In this document: positions 10,510-19,783 of the stretch, in pieces
Position numbering within the stretch: position 1 is the first letter of the stretch
Layout: each line of letters begins with the position of its first letter
Source: Gammaproteobacteria bacterium RIFCSPHIGHO2_12_FULL_35_23
GTDB taxonomy: Bacteria > Pseudomonadota > Gammaproteobacteria > UBA12402
DNA length: 64,000 nt
NCBI GenBank assembly: GCA_001801465.1
Contig: MGXT01000023.1
Coordinates: 3,809-67,808, forward strand
Direction of reading: 5' to 3'
Made by a program: the position numbers and the translations under genes
The notes under the pieces: model-generated
The model's database searches: none
What the model saw: only the letters and a program-made list of their open reading frames with translations
Told to the model about the DNA's origin: nothing

Positions 10510-11505
10510 TTATTTGGTGCATTCCAAAATAACAATGGGTGCAAAGGGCTCTGGTTGTAACGAACTATCACTGATGATAATTTTATTTAGCTTTAAACGA
10601 GACTGCTCAACTAAATAGCGCCACTCAGTTTTATTTCTATTTTTGCTATCAATTAAGCCTAACAAATTTAAGTCACTTAAAGCTGTTCGTAAGTAATGGG
10701 GATGAGATTTATCAGGAAGGATAAAATCAATTACCAACAATTTTGTTTTATCAGACATCGAATGATAACAGGAATTCAAAATACTAACCGCCTTTTCATC
10801 ATTCCAATTTAATAATACACGACAAAGCAAATAGCAATCGCCCGTATCCGGCACTTGTTTAAAAAAATCTCCTCCTATTATACTGACTCGATTTAAACAA
10901 TTTTTATGGGCCAATACTTCTTTAGCACCAGCTACCACCTCAGGTTGATCTAATAGTATTCCTTCTTGATGAGTATTTCTGCTTAATACTTCCGCCAAAA
11001 AATGGCCTTGTCCCCCACCCACATCAACTAATTTCTTAAATTTAGAAAAATCATACAAAGCAAAAACTCCTAGTAACCAATCATCTCCACTTTTACGACA
11101 CCAATCAGCAAATTGAGTAAGTTCCTCTTTACCTAAGGAGGGATAAAAGGCCTGGCCGTATTCTTTATCCCAACAAGGTTTGTGTGTTTGCAAGGTATAC
11201 TCTAACTGATCGAAAGCTCGATAATTTTTGGTAAGATGTGGAGTTTTTAAATCCTGTAACTGATTTGTATACACGGTTTTGCTGACAAATTTTTCATCCA
11301 TTTTAATTAGTTCATAAGCATCTAAAATTCGTAAAAATCTTTTAAATGCCTCTTGATCAAAATTTAGCTTTTCAGCCAAGCTTACAATTGAAACAGGTTT
11401 ATCGGATAAATAATGGTCTAAGTTTAATTTAGCTGCTAAAAATAATACTTTGGAAGTTACAAAACCTAGTCCTAATGAATATACTTTGTTTTTATCAATG
11501 GACAT
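10510..11505 (-). CDS. SAM-dependent O-methyltransferase (Methyltransf_2 with dimerisation domain)
   Basis: LVDVGGGQG, LLDQPEV, GGDFF and RVLLNWND. Confidence 0.9.
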   Translation of the reverse strand: MSIDKNKVYSLGLGFVTSKVLFLAAKLNLDHYLSDKPVSIVSLAEKLNFDQEAFKRFLRILDAYELIKMDEKFVSKTVYTNQLQDLKTPHLTKNYRAFDQLEYTLQTHKPCWDKEYGQAFYPSLGKEELTQFADWCRKSGDDWLLGVFALYDFSKFKKLVDVGGGQGHFLAEVLSRNTHQEGILLDQPEVVAGAKEVLAHKNCLNRVSIIGGDFFKQVPDTGDCYLLCRVLLNWNDEKAVSILNSCYHSMSDKTKLLVIDFILPDKSHPHYLRTALSDLNLLGLIDSKNRNKTEWRYLVEQSRLKLNKIIISDSSLQPEPFAPIVILECTK

Positions 11506-11861
11506 AATATTATTCCTCTTATTACTATTTATTTATAGTACATAGGACTCAATCTAGCTTAATAAATAAAAAATAAATTTGTCTTATCTCTATAACCATT
11601 TTATTCATTAAAAAGTTAAAATCAGTGCTCTCAATTCTTATAGTATAATTTAATCAATTATTTAAGCTAAATTAAAGCATAATAAACTTAGTATATCTTT
11701 GCCTGTTTTCAAGCTAAAATTAAATAAAATCAAATGGTTACAAGAATAACAAAAAAAGCTCTCTGGAATACTCAATGCCCTGTATACTAGTAAATTTAAT
11801 AATTAAGTTTCAGCTAATTATCTTTTTTGGATCTTAGCCTCTATTTAATATTGTAAAGAGA

Positions 11862-12719
11862 ATGATCGAACGCTTATTTTATCCAATTATTTTTATTTTA
11901 CTCTGGAGTAGCGGCGTCTTTTTTGTTGCTAATGGGTTACATTATAATACTCCTGCTGTATTTTTAATGTTAAGGTTTTTTATTGCGGCGATAATTTTTT
12001 TAACTATTTTGCTCTATAAAAAAATTCCTTTTCAAATTTCTTTTTCAAATTTTATTCTACTTTTAATTGCAGGAATTTTTATTCAATTTCTTTATCTCCT
12101 TTTCTTTTTTAAGTCTTTAACTCTAGAGGTATCACCAGGATTATTAATGATAATTTTAGGGGTCCAACCTATCTTTACCGCAATACTAACAAGAAATAAC
12201 CTACGATTTATACAGTGGGCAGGATTAATTCTTGGCTTAATTGGATTAATTTTGGTTGTTATAAAATATATATATCAAGGTAAACTTATTCTTCTTGGAA
12301 TAATCTACGCTTTTCTTGCTATGCTTTGTATTACTATTGGGACCATCTTACAAAAAAGATATGGTACAAAAGTCGATATTACTCTTAGCCTGCTGTTACA
12401 AAATAGTGTTTCATTTCTTTTAAGTTTATGTCTTGTATATGAGCAACAAGGATTTCAATCTATACAATTAAATTTAAGCTTTCTAATTAGTTTATTGTGG
12501 ATGAGTATAGTAATTTCAATATTTGCTAATTATTTACTATACTTTTTATTACGCAAGGGGAAAATAATTAGTGTTGCCAGCTTCTTTTATTGTATTCCAC
12601 CAGTTTCAGTATTACTTGATAAGCTAATTTTAGGCCACACCCTACCTTCTATTGCTATCTTGGGTATGCTTCTTATTGTTACAGGTCTTTTATTTCTTCA
12701 CTTAACTTCTTCAAGTTAA
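11862..12719 (+). CDS. DMT/EamA family transporter
   Basis: About ten TM helices; LWSSG, LRF, QPIFTA, GTILQK and IPPVS motifs. Confidence 0.88.
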   Translation: MIERLFYPIIFILLWSSGVFFVANGLHYNTPAVFLMLRFFIAAIIFLTILLYKKIPFQISFSNFILLLIAGIFIQFLYLLFFFKSLTLEVSPGLLMIILGVQPIFTAILTRNNLRFIQWAGLILGLIGLILVVIKYIYQGKLILLGIIYAFLAMLCITIGTILQKRYGTKVDITLSLLLQNSVSFLLSLCLVYEQQGFQSIQLNLSFLISLLWMSIVISIFANYLLYFLLRKGKIISVASFFYCIPPVSVLLDKLILGHTLPSIAILGMLLIVTGLLFLHLTSSS

Positions 12720-12751
12720 TGCTACTTCTGTAAGCCGATACAAAACAACTA

Positions 12752-13735
12752 CTAGTTTATTTTGTTAGAAGACTGAATAGGCCATATACCTCTGAGCTGC
12801 TTAATGGCTTGTTGAAAATAGCCAATATCATACTGCTCTTGCTTTCTAAGAAATATTGGATAGAGCTCATACCAGGGCACTGTTGGATTTTCATGATGTA
12901 TTCGATGCAAGTTAAAATTAAACCAATAGTTCCTTAAAAAACTTGGTAAATAGGTATTATAAGCATACCTAGGTTGATCAATAGGCGTACCATAATGGGG
13001 AAGATTATCAGCAAAAGAAATAACAAATCCCCTACCGAGCAATCCTATTATTAGAATCCATGCATGAGAACCATATAAAATAAACGAAAAAATTAATAAT
13101 CCGTAAAGACAAATTGCATCAAATCGCATACGTTTTAAACTTTGCTGAGTTAATAATTTATTCTTAGCAACAACATAATAAGGAGAGCTAATCCCTACGT
13201 TTTTTTGTAATAGCTTATCCAAGGTATGACTGGGTAAAAATGTTAATATTGGTATTAATAGTTCTACTAAGTATAGTCCACCAAAAATATGTAAGTAATA
13301 TTTAATACTTTTTAATAAAAAGTTTTCTTGCTCTGGGTTATAAGCATCAATTAAATCTGGACCTTGTCGATTCATTCGATGATGAAGTAAATGTGCATAC
13401 TGAACTAAAGGAAAAATAGTTCCAAATAAAACTGCCATGATGCGCCCAGCATTATCGTTAACTTGAGCAGTAGGGTAATAAGTACGATGAATAGCTTCAT
13501 GAATTAAGGACCAAAAAGGTGGTGTCAACAATGCATTTACTAAAGCAACAACTAGTAGTAGACCTACACTATTTGAAACAAGCGGAATCAAAAGAAAAAA
13601 GCCAAGACTAAAGGTAGCCATCATAATGCTTAACAAAATATTAAATAACGTGTAAAAAGCGATATTCAAGCAATAACCCAAAAGTATTAAAATTCTTACA
13701 AAAAGATATTTTAGCAATTCAAAAGCTGCTAGCAA
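12752..13735 (-). CDS. Membrane fatty acid desaturase/hydroxylase family protein (start uncertain)
   Basis: His boxes HEAIH, HLLHH and HRIHH, plus DNLPHYG and P.VPWY.L. Confidence 0.85.
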   Translation of the reverse strand: MLAAFELLKYLFVRILILLGYCLNIAFYTLFNILLSIMMATFSLGFFLLIPLVSNSVGLLLVVALVNALLTPPFWSLIHEAIHRTYYPTAQVNDNAGRIMAVLFGTIFPLVQYAHLLHHRMNRQGPDLIDAYNPEQENFLLKSIKYYLHIFGGLYLVELLIPILTFLPSHTLDKLLQKNVGISSPYYVVAKNKLLTQQSLKRMRFDAICLYGLLIFSFILYGSHAWILIIGLLGRGFVISFADNLPHYGTPIDQPRYAYNTYLPSFLRNYWFNFNLHRIHHENPTVPWYELYPIFLRKQEQYDIGYFQQAIKQLRGIWPIQSSNKIN

Positions 13736-13793
13736 GTTAATTTAAAAAATTTTATACTATAATAAAAAGCATTTGATCATTAATTAACAATAA

Positions 13794-14450
13794 TCAAGAA
13801 AATTCTGTAATTGGTAAGTACTTACTAAACCAACCAACGGCTAACTGGTTCACTGTATCTAAAGTACCAGGCTCTTCAAAAAGATGCGTTGCGCCTGGTA
13901 CTAATACTAATTTACTTTGGTTACCTATTTCTTTTTGAGCTTGTTCATTCAATTTAATTACCTGGCTATCAAGCTCACCTACAATAAGTAAAGTAGGAGC
14001 CTTCACACTTTTCAATGCTTCTTTTGCTAAATCAGGCCTACCGCCCCTTGACACAACAGCTTGAATAATGCTTGCCATCCTGGTTGCTGCTATTAAGGCA
14101 GCTGCCGCACCTGTACTAGCACCAAAATAACCAATAGGTAATTGTAAATCTTGCTCTAAAATCCAGTTGGTTGCTACAATCAACCTTGCTGCTAAAAGTG
14201 GAATATTAAAACGAAGCTCTGCCGTTACTTGGTCAATAGCTTCCTCTTCTTTAGTTAACAAATCAAACAATAAGGTAGAAAATTTATGATGATTAAGTGC
14301 TTTGGCTACATATTGATTGCGTGGACTAAAACGACTACTTCCACTGCCATGCACAAAAATAACTAAGCCTTGAGCATTGCTGGGTATAGCCAAATTTCCC
14401 AACAAGCAAAGATCCAGATAACTAATTTTAATTTCATGTTGTTGTTTCAT
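13794..14450 (-). CDS. Alpha/beta hydrolase (dienelactone hydrolase-like, PRTase-associated type)
   Basis: HGSGSSRFSPRN, GYFGASTGAAAAL, VSRGGRPDLA and GATHLFEEPG. Confidence 0.9.
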   Translation of the reverse strand: MKQQHEIKISYLDLCLLGNLAIPSNAQGLVIFVHGSGSSRFSPRNQYVAKALNHHKFSTLLFDLLTKEEEAIDQVTAELRFNIPLLAARLIVATNWILEQDLQLPIGYFGASTGAAAALIAATRMASIIQAVVSRGGRPDLAKEALKSVKAPTLLIVGELDSQVIKLNEQAQKEIGNQSKLVLVPGATHLFEEPGTLDTVNQLAVGWFSKYLPITEFS

Positions 14451-14463
14451 AAATTTTATGCTG

Positions 14464-15813
14464 TTAATAGCCCTCAGGATAAGTATCAGGTAACTCTCCT
14501 TGATTGTTGCTAGCTTTATCTTCTAGAAACTCTAAGTAAGAAGTTTTATCTAAATGAATCAGTACATCAAATTGATAGGGTAAACGAGTAAAAAAATAAT
14601 GGCTTGCTCGCTCGGTTTCTGGTCTATAAATAACCCCTATAGCACGTTGTAATCTAGAAACATTTAATAAGTGCGAAAGTTCATTATCAGCTTTTAAATT
14701 TAAAATGAAATTTTTTAATTCTAAGGAGTGAAAAAGCTGCTCATAACTACCCTCTATAGGTTGTATAATATTTTTATACTCAGCTGATCCATCCCAATAA
14801 GAAGCAGCTGTAACAGTACCCAGTGCAGTAGAAAACCCAAGCGAAAAACAAGAAGTACTAAATCGCTCTCTTACTAACTGCCCCAAGTTGACTTCTTGCT
14901 GCACTGACATTTCCGTTGCTCTAGCATCTCCAACATGTGAATTATGTGCCCAAACTATAATTTTAGCAGGAATATTATATGTATTTTCTAAATGAGCTAT
15001 TATATTTTGTATAGTATCAACCATATGTTGGTCACGAATATTCCAGGTTACATAATGAGGTTCAAACAAAGAGCGATAATAAGATTCTGAGTTCTTTACT
15101 AAACGCGCATTCTGTAAAGCATAAAAATTTTTGCTTTTACTTTCAGCATCTTTTTCTATTTTAGAATAAATATGTCTTTGCATTTCAAGTAGTTGCTCAG
15201 TTACCTCTTTTACACAATCTTTTTTAAGATGATGCTCGGTCAGATAACCATACTGCTGAGGATCAAATGTCGTATGATCAAAACAAGCATAACGTTTAAC
15301 GGCTTGCTCAGCAAGTTTGGGAAATGTACTTTGTAAAAAATCGATAACTGCTTGCATTGCTGAATGCAAACAATATAAATCTAAACCGTAAAAGCTTACC
15401 TTATTATTAAAATCACTGATGGAATCATTATGCAAACGTAATTTTTTGATAAAGCTTAACATTAACTTATTGCGCCACATCCAAGCTGGAAATCGTTTAA
15501 AATCTTCTAAAGCTTGATAAGGATTGTTGCTTTCACCCACTCCTTGTAAATACTGATCTATTTGATAAGCACTAGTCCAATCACCTTCTATAGCTATTGC
15601 TTGAAACCCTTTTTCTTTTATTAAAAACTCACTTAAATTCATTCGTGCTTGATAAAACTCTTGAGTGCCATGTGTTGCTTCTCCCATCAGCACAATTCGA
15701 GAATCACCAATAGCTTCTAACAAGGGTTGATAACTTACTCTATCAGTCAAATCAAATGCCGTAATATTCTCATTTAATAAAGTAACTAATTTTTCAAATA
15801 TGGAGTTTTTCAT
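14464..15813 (-). CDS. Erythromycin esterase (EreA)-like family protein
   Basis: MGEATHGTQEFY, IEGDW, FPAWMWRN, WNIRDQHM, WAHNSHVGDARAT, RAIGVIY and PDTYP. Confidence 0.92.
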   Translation of the reverse strand: MKNSIFEKLVTLLNENITAFDLTDRVSYQPLLEAIGDSRIVLMGEATHGTQEFYQARMNLSEFLIKEKGFQAIAIEGDWTSAYQIDQYLQGVGESNNPYQALEDFKRFPAWMWRNKLMLSFIKKLRLHNDSISDFNNKVSFYGLDLYCLHSAMQAVIDFLQSTFPKLAEQAVKRYACFDHTTFDPQQYGYLTEHHLKKDCVKEVTEQLLEMQRHIYSKIEKDAESKSKNFYALQNARLVKNSESYYRSLFEPHYVTWNIRDQHMVDTIQNIIAHLENTYNIPAKIIVWAHNSHVGDARATEMSVQQEVNLGQLVRERFSTSCFSLGFSTALGTVTAASYWDGSAEYKNIIQPIEGSYEQLFHSLELKNFILNLKADNELSHLLNVSRLQRAIGVIYRPETERASHYFFTRLPYQFDVLIHLDKTSYLEFLEDKASNNQGELPDTYPEGY

Positions 15814-15832
15814 AACAATCTTTATTTTATAA

Positions 15833-16480
15833 CTACCTGTCTTTATTAGCTCTGTTTAATAAATCACAAACTTCTTCATCTGAAGTTTGTGAAAACAGCT
15901 TATACCATGTACCCACACTATAAAATGGCTCTGGAGTGAAAGGACAAACTATTTTATCTACTAAAGGTCTTAAATGCTCTAAACTATCGATACTTGCTAC
16001 TGGCACAGCAATAATAATTTCTTTAGGATGAAGTTTTTTTATCGCTTTAATTGCTGCTTCTATACTGGCACCTGTAGCAATACCATCATCTACTAAAATA
16101 ATCTTTTTTTGGACTAGATCAGGAAATTCTTTTCTGCCCCGATACAATTTATTACGCCGCTTTAATTCTTCGCTCTCTTCTTTTTTGACTTGCTCAATTT
16201 GAGAACTATTAATCCCCAACTGTAAAATTAATGATTCATTCAGCAAACAAACATTTTGATCCGCGATAGCTCCCATTGCTAATTCTTCATAACCAGGCAC
16301 TCCTAGCTTTCTGACTAAAAACACATCTAATGGCACATTAAGTGCTTTAGCAATCTGATAGGCAACTGGTACACCGCCTCGTGGTAAGGCAAGAATAAAA
16401 ACATCTTTTTCATTCTTAAAAGAACTTAGCAACTTTGCTAATTCTTGTCCCGCTTCATGTCTATCTTGATACTGCTTCAT
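15833..16480 (-). CDS. Phosphoribosyltransferase (Rv0571c/Rv2030c N-terminal type)
   Basis: DRHEAG, ALPRGGVPVA, VRKLGVPG, ILVDDGIATGAS and VGTWY..F.QTSDEEV. Confidence 0.92.
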   Translation of the reverse strand: MKQYQDRHEAGQELAKLLSSFKNEKDVFILALPRGGVPVAYQIAKALNVPLDVFLVRKLGVPGYEELAMGAIADQNVCLLNESLILQLGINSSQIEQVKKEESEELKRRNKLYRGRKEFPDLVQKKIILVDDGIATGASIEAAIKAIKKLHPKEIIIAVPVASIDSLEHLRPLVDKIVCPFTPEPFYSVGTWYKLFSQTSDEEVCDLLNRANKDR

Positions 16481-16581
16481 AATCTATCCCTTCTTAGTAA
16501 TAGTATGGCATGAATTACACAAGCTATAAAAAATTAACTGATGACACCTAAATAACTAATTGATTTAAGTCATTTAATGAC

Positions 16582-17061
16582 TCAATCAGCAGAAAAAATA
16601 TAAACATGTTGCGGACCAGATTTCCCACCATAATAAAGTTTACCCATGTCCACAAAACCAACTTTTTTATAAAGAATTTGAGCAGCTTTATTTTCACAAT
16701 TAACTGTTAGCATTATAGCCTCCAGCTCTGGACAAAGGATTTTAAATACCTTAGTTAAATGTAACATAGCTTGTTTTGCAATCCCTTTATCCTGATAATG
16801 CTGACCAATAGATAAAGAAAATAACACTGCATAGGATTTTTTAGTAAATTCTTTTAAACTCATATCTTGAAAAGCCAAATAAAAGCAGCCTGCAGGCTGC
16901 TCATCGAGGTAAATAAGATAAACTGCTTTATCTTTATCGTTTACAAACTGAATGAGATTTTCACCATCTCCTGAATATTTATGCTGATGCTTATAAAGAC
17001 GAATTTGCTTTAAAGCTTCCTGGTCTGCTAAACTTGCTCGTCTTAAAGTTACTTGATTCAT
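16582..17061 (-). CDS. GNAT N-acetyltransferase
   Basis: QHYQDKGIAK, LTVNCENKAAQILYKKVGF and GGKSGPQH. ATG 17061 preferred over TTG 17091. Confidence 0.85.
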   Translation of the reverse strand: MNQVTLRRASLADQEALKQIRLYKHQHKYSGDGENLIQFVNDKDKAVYLIYLDEQPAGCFYLAFQDMSLKEFTKKSYAVLFSLSIGQHYQDKGIAKQAMLHLTKVFKILCPELEAIMLTVNCENKAAQILYKKVGFVDMGKLYYGGKSGPQHVYIFSAD

Positions 17062-17167
17062 AGTTTCATTATTGTTGAATATATTTTGCAAAAAACATCA
17101 TTGAAAATAGCTAACAACGAACTTACTGTCTTAATATTATAATGCTTACTAACCCTCAAATCCATTT

Positions 17168-17935
17168 TTATTGATTTGTTGTAGTGGTTATAGCACTTTG
17201 ATGTTGATATTGTTTTTGATAAGGTAATATTTTAACTTTTACTCTTTCATTTGGATTAGTGGAAACAAAATTTTCATTTAGCCACTGTGCATCTTCTACA
17301 TATAGTCGCACACAACCATGACTCGCGTTATAACCTGGAACTGTTGGTGACCCATGAAAAGCAAATCCTTTATTAAAAAACATACAATAAGGCATGGGCG
17401 CACCACCACCTTTCTCTAACGGATATTTACCTGAGATACAACCTTTTCCTTGTTTTCTATAGATAGAAAACTCACCTTGTGCTGTACGACAACTTCTTCG
17501 AACATCAGCACACCAAGTGTTACCACCCGAAGCAGGTCCCCAACGAACCAAATCTCCTTGTGAGTTATAAGCGGCCCAAGCTAACTTAGAAGGATCAAAA
17601 ATCATTATTTTTTGGCCATTAGTTGCGATTTTGGCAGGAAATGGTGCTAAAGAAAAATAATTAAGTGCTACATATTCTTTAGGTACAGCTATAACCATGC
17701 CAGACTGCAGAGGAACATTAACTCGATTGATACGCTTGACTAAATCACGCGTTTGCTCATCTGCATAAAGCTTTTCCCAAGTATCGCCACGGGTAACTTT
17801 ATAGCAAGCATAGTCTGAATGATTGCTGCACAAATATTGACCGTATGTTTTAGCAAATACATTAGAAGATATCCCAGTTAAAAAAAAGAATAAACATCCT
17901 AATAATAAACTTTGTTTCCTTACTAACTGTTTCAT
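17168..17935 (-). CDS. L,D-transpeptidase (YkuD), EnhA-like
   Basis: Signal peptide; GGAPMPYCMFF, FHGS and ASHGCVRL; Cys pattern as in Legionella/Coxiella EnhA-type proteins. Confidence 0.88.
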   Translation of the reverse strand: MKQLVRKQSLLLGCLFFFLTGISSNVFAKTYGQYLCSNHSDYACYKVTRGDTWEKLYADEQTRDLVKRINRVNVPLQSGMVIAVPKEYVALNYFSLAPFPAKIATNGQKIMIFDPSKLAWAAYNSQGDLVRWGPASGGNTWCADVRRSCRTAQGEFSIYRKQGKGCISGKYPLEKGGGAPMPYCMFFNKGFAFHGSPTVPGYNASHGCVRLYVEDAQWLNENFVSTNPNERVKVKILPYQKQYQHQSAITTTTNQ

Positions 17936-18071
17936 AATTGTCCTTAATTATTTAGACTCTACTCATATTGTAGGCAATAATTTAAATCATGCCACTGTAA
18001 TTAGAAATTTACTTTAAAAATGATCTATAATTAAAACATATAAATCAATTAGTTATATTTGAGCAGCCATT

Positions 18072-18434
18072 ATGATTATTATTCAAGAAGAAATTTACCT
18101 CCATCCAGAAATAAAAGAGCCCTTTTTAAAACATGCTGATTTTCATGCCAAGGGCACTGTTGGTTTGCAAGCTATTCATGGTTATGCCATCCGAGGCTTT
18201 GTAACTCAAGAAATTAATAATCAAGGAACCCCTGTAACCAATCAAGAAGGTTGGTTAAAATTTTTAATCAGCTATCATGTTAATAAACTGGAAGACTTCT
18301 CTACTTACTTAGCAACTGAAGCAAAAAACCGACCTGAAAAAATTGAATTTTTTAAACGTCATGGCGATAAAATTAAAACTCAACCTATCAGAATATTTAA
18401 CACCTTATTGATAAACGAAAGACCACTTAAATAA
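18072..18434 (+). CDS. Hypothetical protein, DUF4286-like
   Basis: MIIIQEEIYLHPEI N-terminus, ISY....LEDF..YL..EA and F...HGDK pattern; 120 aa. Confidence 0.5.
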   Translation: MIIIQEEIYLHPEIKEPFLKHADFHAKGTVGLQAIHGYAIRGFVTQEINNQGTPVTNQEGWLKFLISYHVNKLEDFSTYLATEAKNRPEKIEFFKRHGDKIKTQPIRIFNTLLINERPLK

Positions 18435-18750
18435 TAGTTCAACATTTCTTCTACCACTAGAAGAGAAGTTAAATTTCAAAACATAGATAAAACAATTTTT
18501 AAATTATTAGCATAGCTTCATTAATTTTTTATCAAGCCAATACCAAATAGAAATTTAATCATGTTGTAGACAGTTAGTTAATCTTATAAAAATTTTATTC
18601 TTTAAAGTGTGATTCAGGTATAATAAAAGAAATACCTACCAAGAACTAATAATAAATTTTTTCTGAAGAAGGTAATAAAATGAAATTGAAAAGAAAGACT
18701 GCTAAACTCGCTTATTTAAAAATTAATAACAAAGCGTCTAATTCAGCTAA

Positions 18751-19222
18751 ATTCAAAAAAAAGATAAATCAACTAACCCGCCTCAGCATCGAAACCAACA
18801 ATCAGGCATTGGAAAAGAAATATATCCCAAGCCAATTGCTGTGTATAAACATTATAAATCTACAAAAAAGTTAAAAAATAAAATCTTGCTCATTAGTGGT
18901 AGGGATAGTGAAATTGGACGAACTATTGCCTGTCATTTTGCTTTAGAAAACGCAAATGTTGCTTTTACTCGTTCACTAGCTAAGCAACTAATTGAAAAGA
19001 GCATTAGAGTTAATGCTGTTGCCCTTGGTCCAGTTTGGACGCCTTTAATATCAGCCCACTTTTCCGAAGAAGAAGTTGCTAAGTTTGGTAAACAAATTCC
19101 TTTAAAAATCAGCGCAACCTGCTGATATTGCACCAAGCTACGTCTTTTGGACATCACAAGATAGTACTTATTATATGGGACAAGTTTTGCATCCAAATGG
19201 TGGAGAAATTGTAAATACTTAA
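18751..19222 (+). pseudogene. Degraded general-stress SDR (YhdF/YghA-like) with internal deletion and frameshift
   Basis: PPQH..Q.G....PKP...YK...KL.NK..LISGRDSEIGR joins directly to VAFTRSLA...IRVNAVALGPVWTPLI, then frameshifts to QPADIAPSYVF...GQVLHPNGGEIVNT*. No YxxxK motif. Confidence 0.88.
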
Positions 19223-19245
19223 TTTATGAAACAAGGAGAAAAGAG

Positions 19246-19461
19246 ATGCCATATAACTCTGTTAATGATCTTCCTAATAATATCAAAGACAATTTACTTC
19301 TTCAGGCTCAAAAAATTTACCAAAAAGCATTTAATAATGCTTGGGAACAATTCAAAGAAGCAAAAAAGAGGTGTAATAATTCATCACAAGAAGAGGTTTC
19401 ACATAAAGTTGCCTGGAGTGCCGTTGAAAAAAAATATCACAAATCTCCACAAGGTAAGTAG
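19246..19461 (+). CDS. chaB: ChaB family protein (probably clipped at the C-terminus)
   Basis: MPY....DLP...L...AQKIY.KAFNNAW and AWSAVEKKY; AGGAGA RBS upstream. Confidence 0.85.
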   Translation: MPYNSVNDLPNNIKDNLLLQAQKIYQKAFNNAWEQFKEAKKRCNNSSQEEVSHKVAWSAVEKKYHKSPQGK

Positions 19462-19783
19462 ATTACAAATTAGCTAGCTCTTTATGACCGAGGAAAATTA
19501 AATTAATATGAAAAATCAGTGGCTATTCCTACCCCGGATTTACATTTGAAACGATCAACATTTTCTATTTTACAATAGCATAAACTATCCACACACTATT
19601 ATATTTCAGCTTCCCATCCATTAAATTTAAGATCTGAATTATTTACTCTCCTTTCTTTAATTAGATAAAAATCAGATCAAATTTTTGGCCTTTAGCTTAA
19701 AACTGTTAGCTATAGAATTGATTTTCTGTTTAAATATAATTCTTTAAAAATACAAAATTCTGATTATTGGTTAAAAAATTACT

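Noticed and set aside
10510..13735. Secondary-metabolite cluster (O-methyltransferase, DMT exporter, desaturase)
   Set aside because: Alternating orientations and no scaffold-forming enzyme or carrier protein.
14464..15813. Macrolide resistance gene ereA/ereB
   Set aside because: Motifs and PRTase context match the widespread Rv2030c-like subfamily; no mobile-element context.
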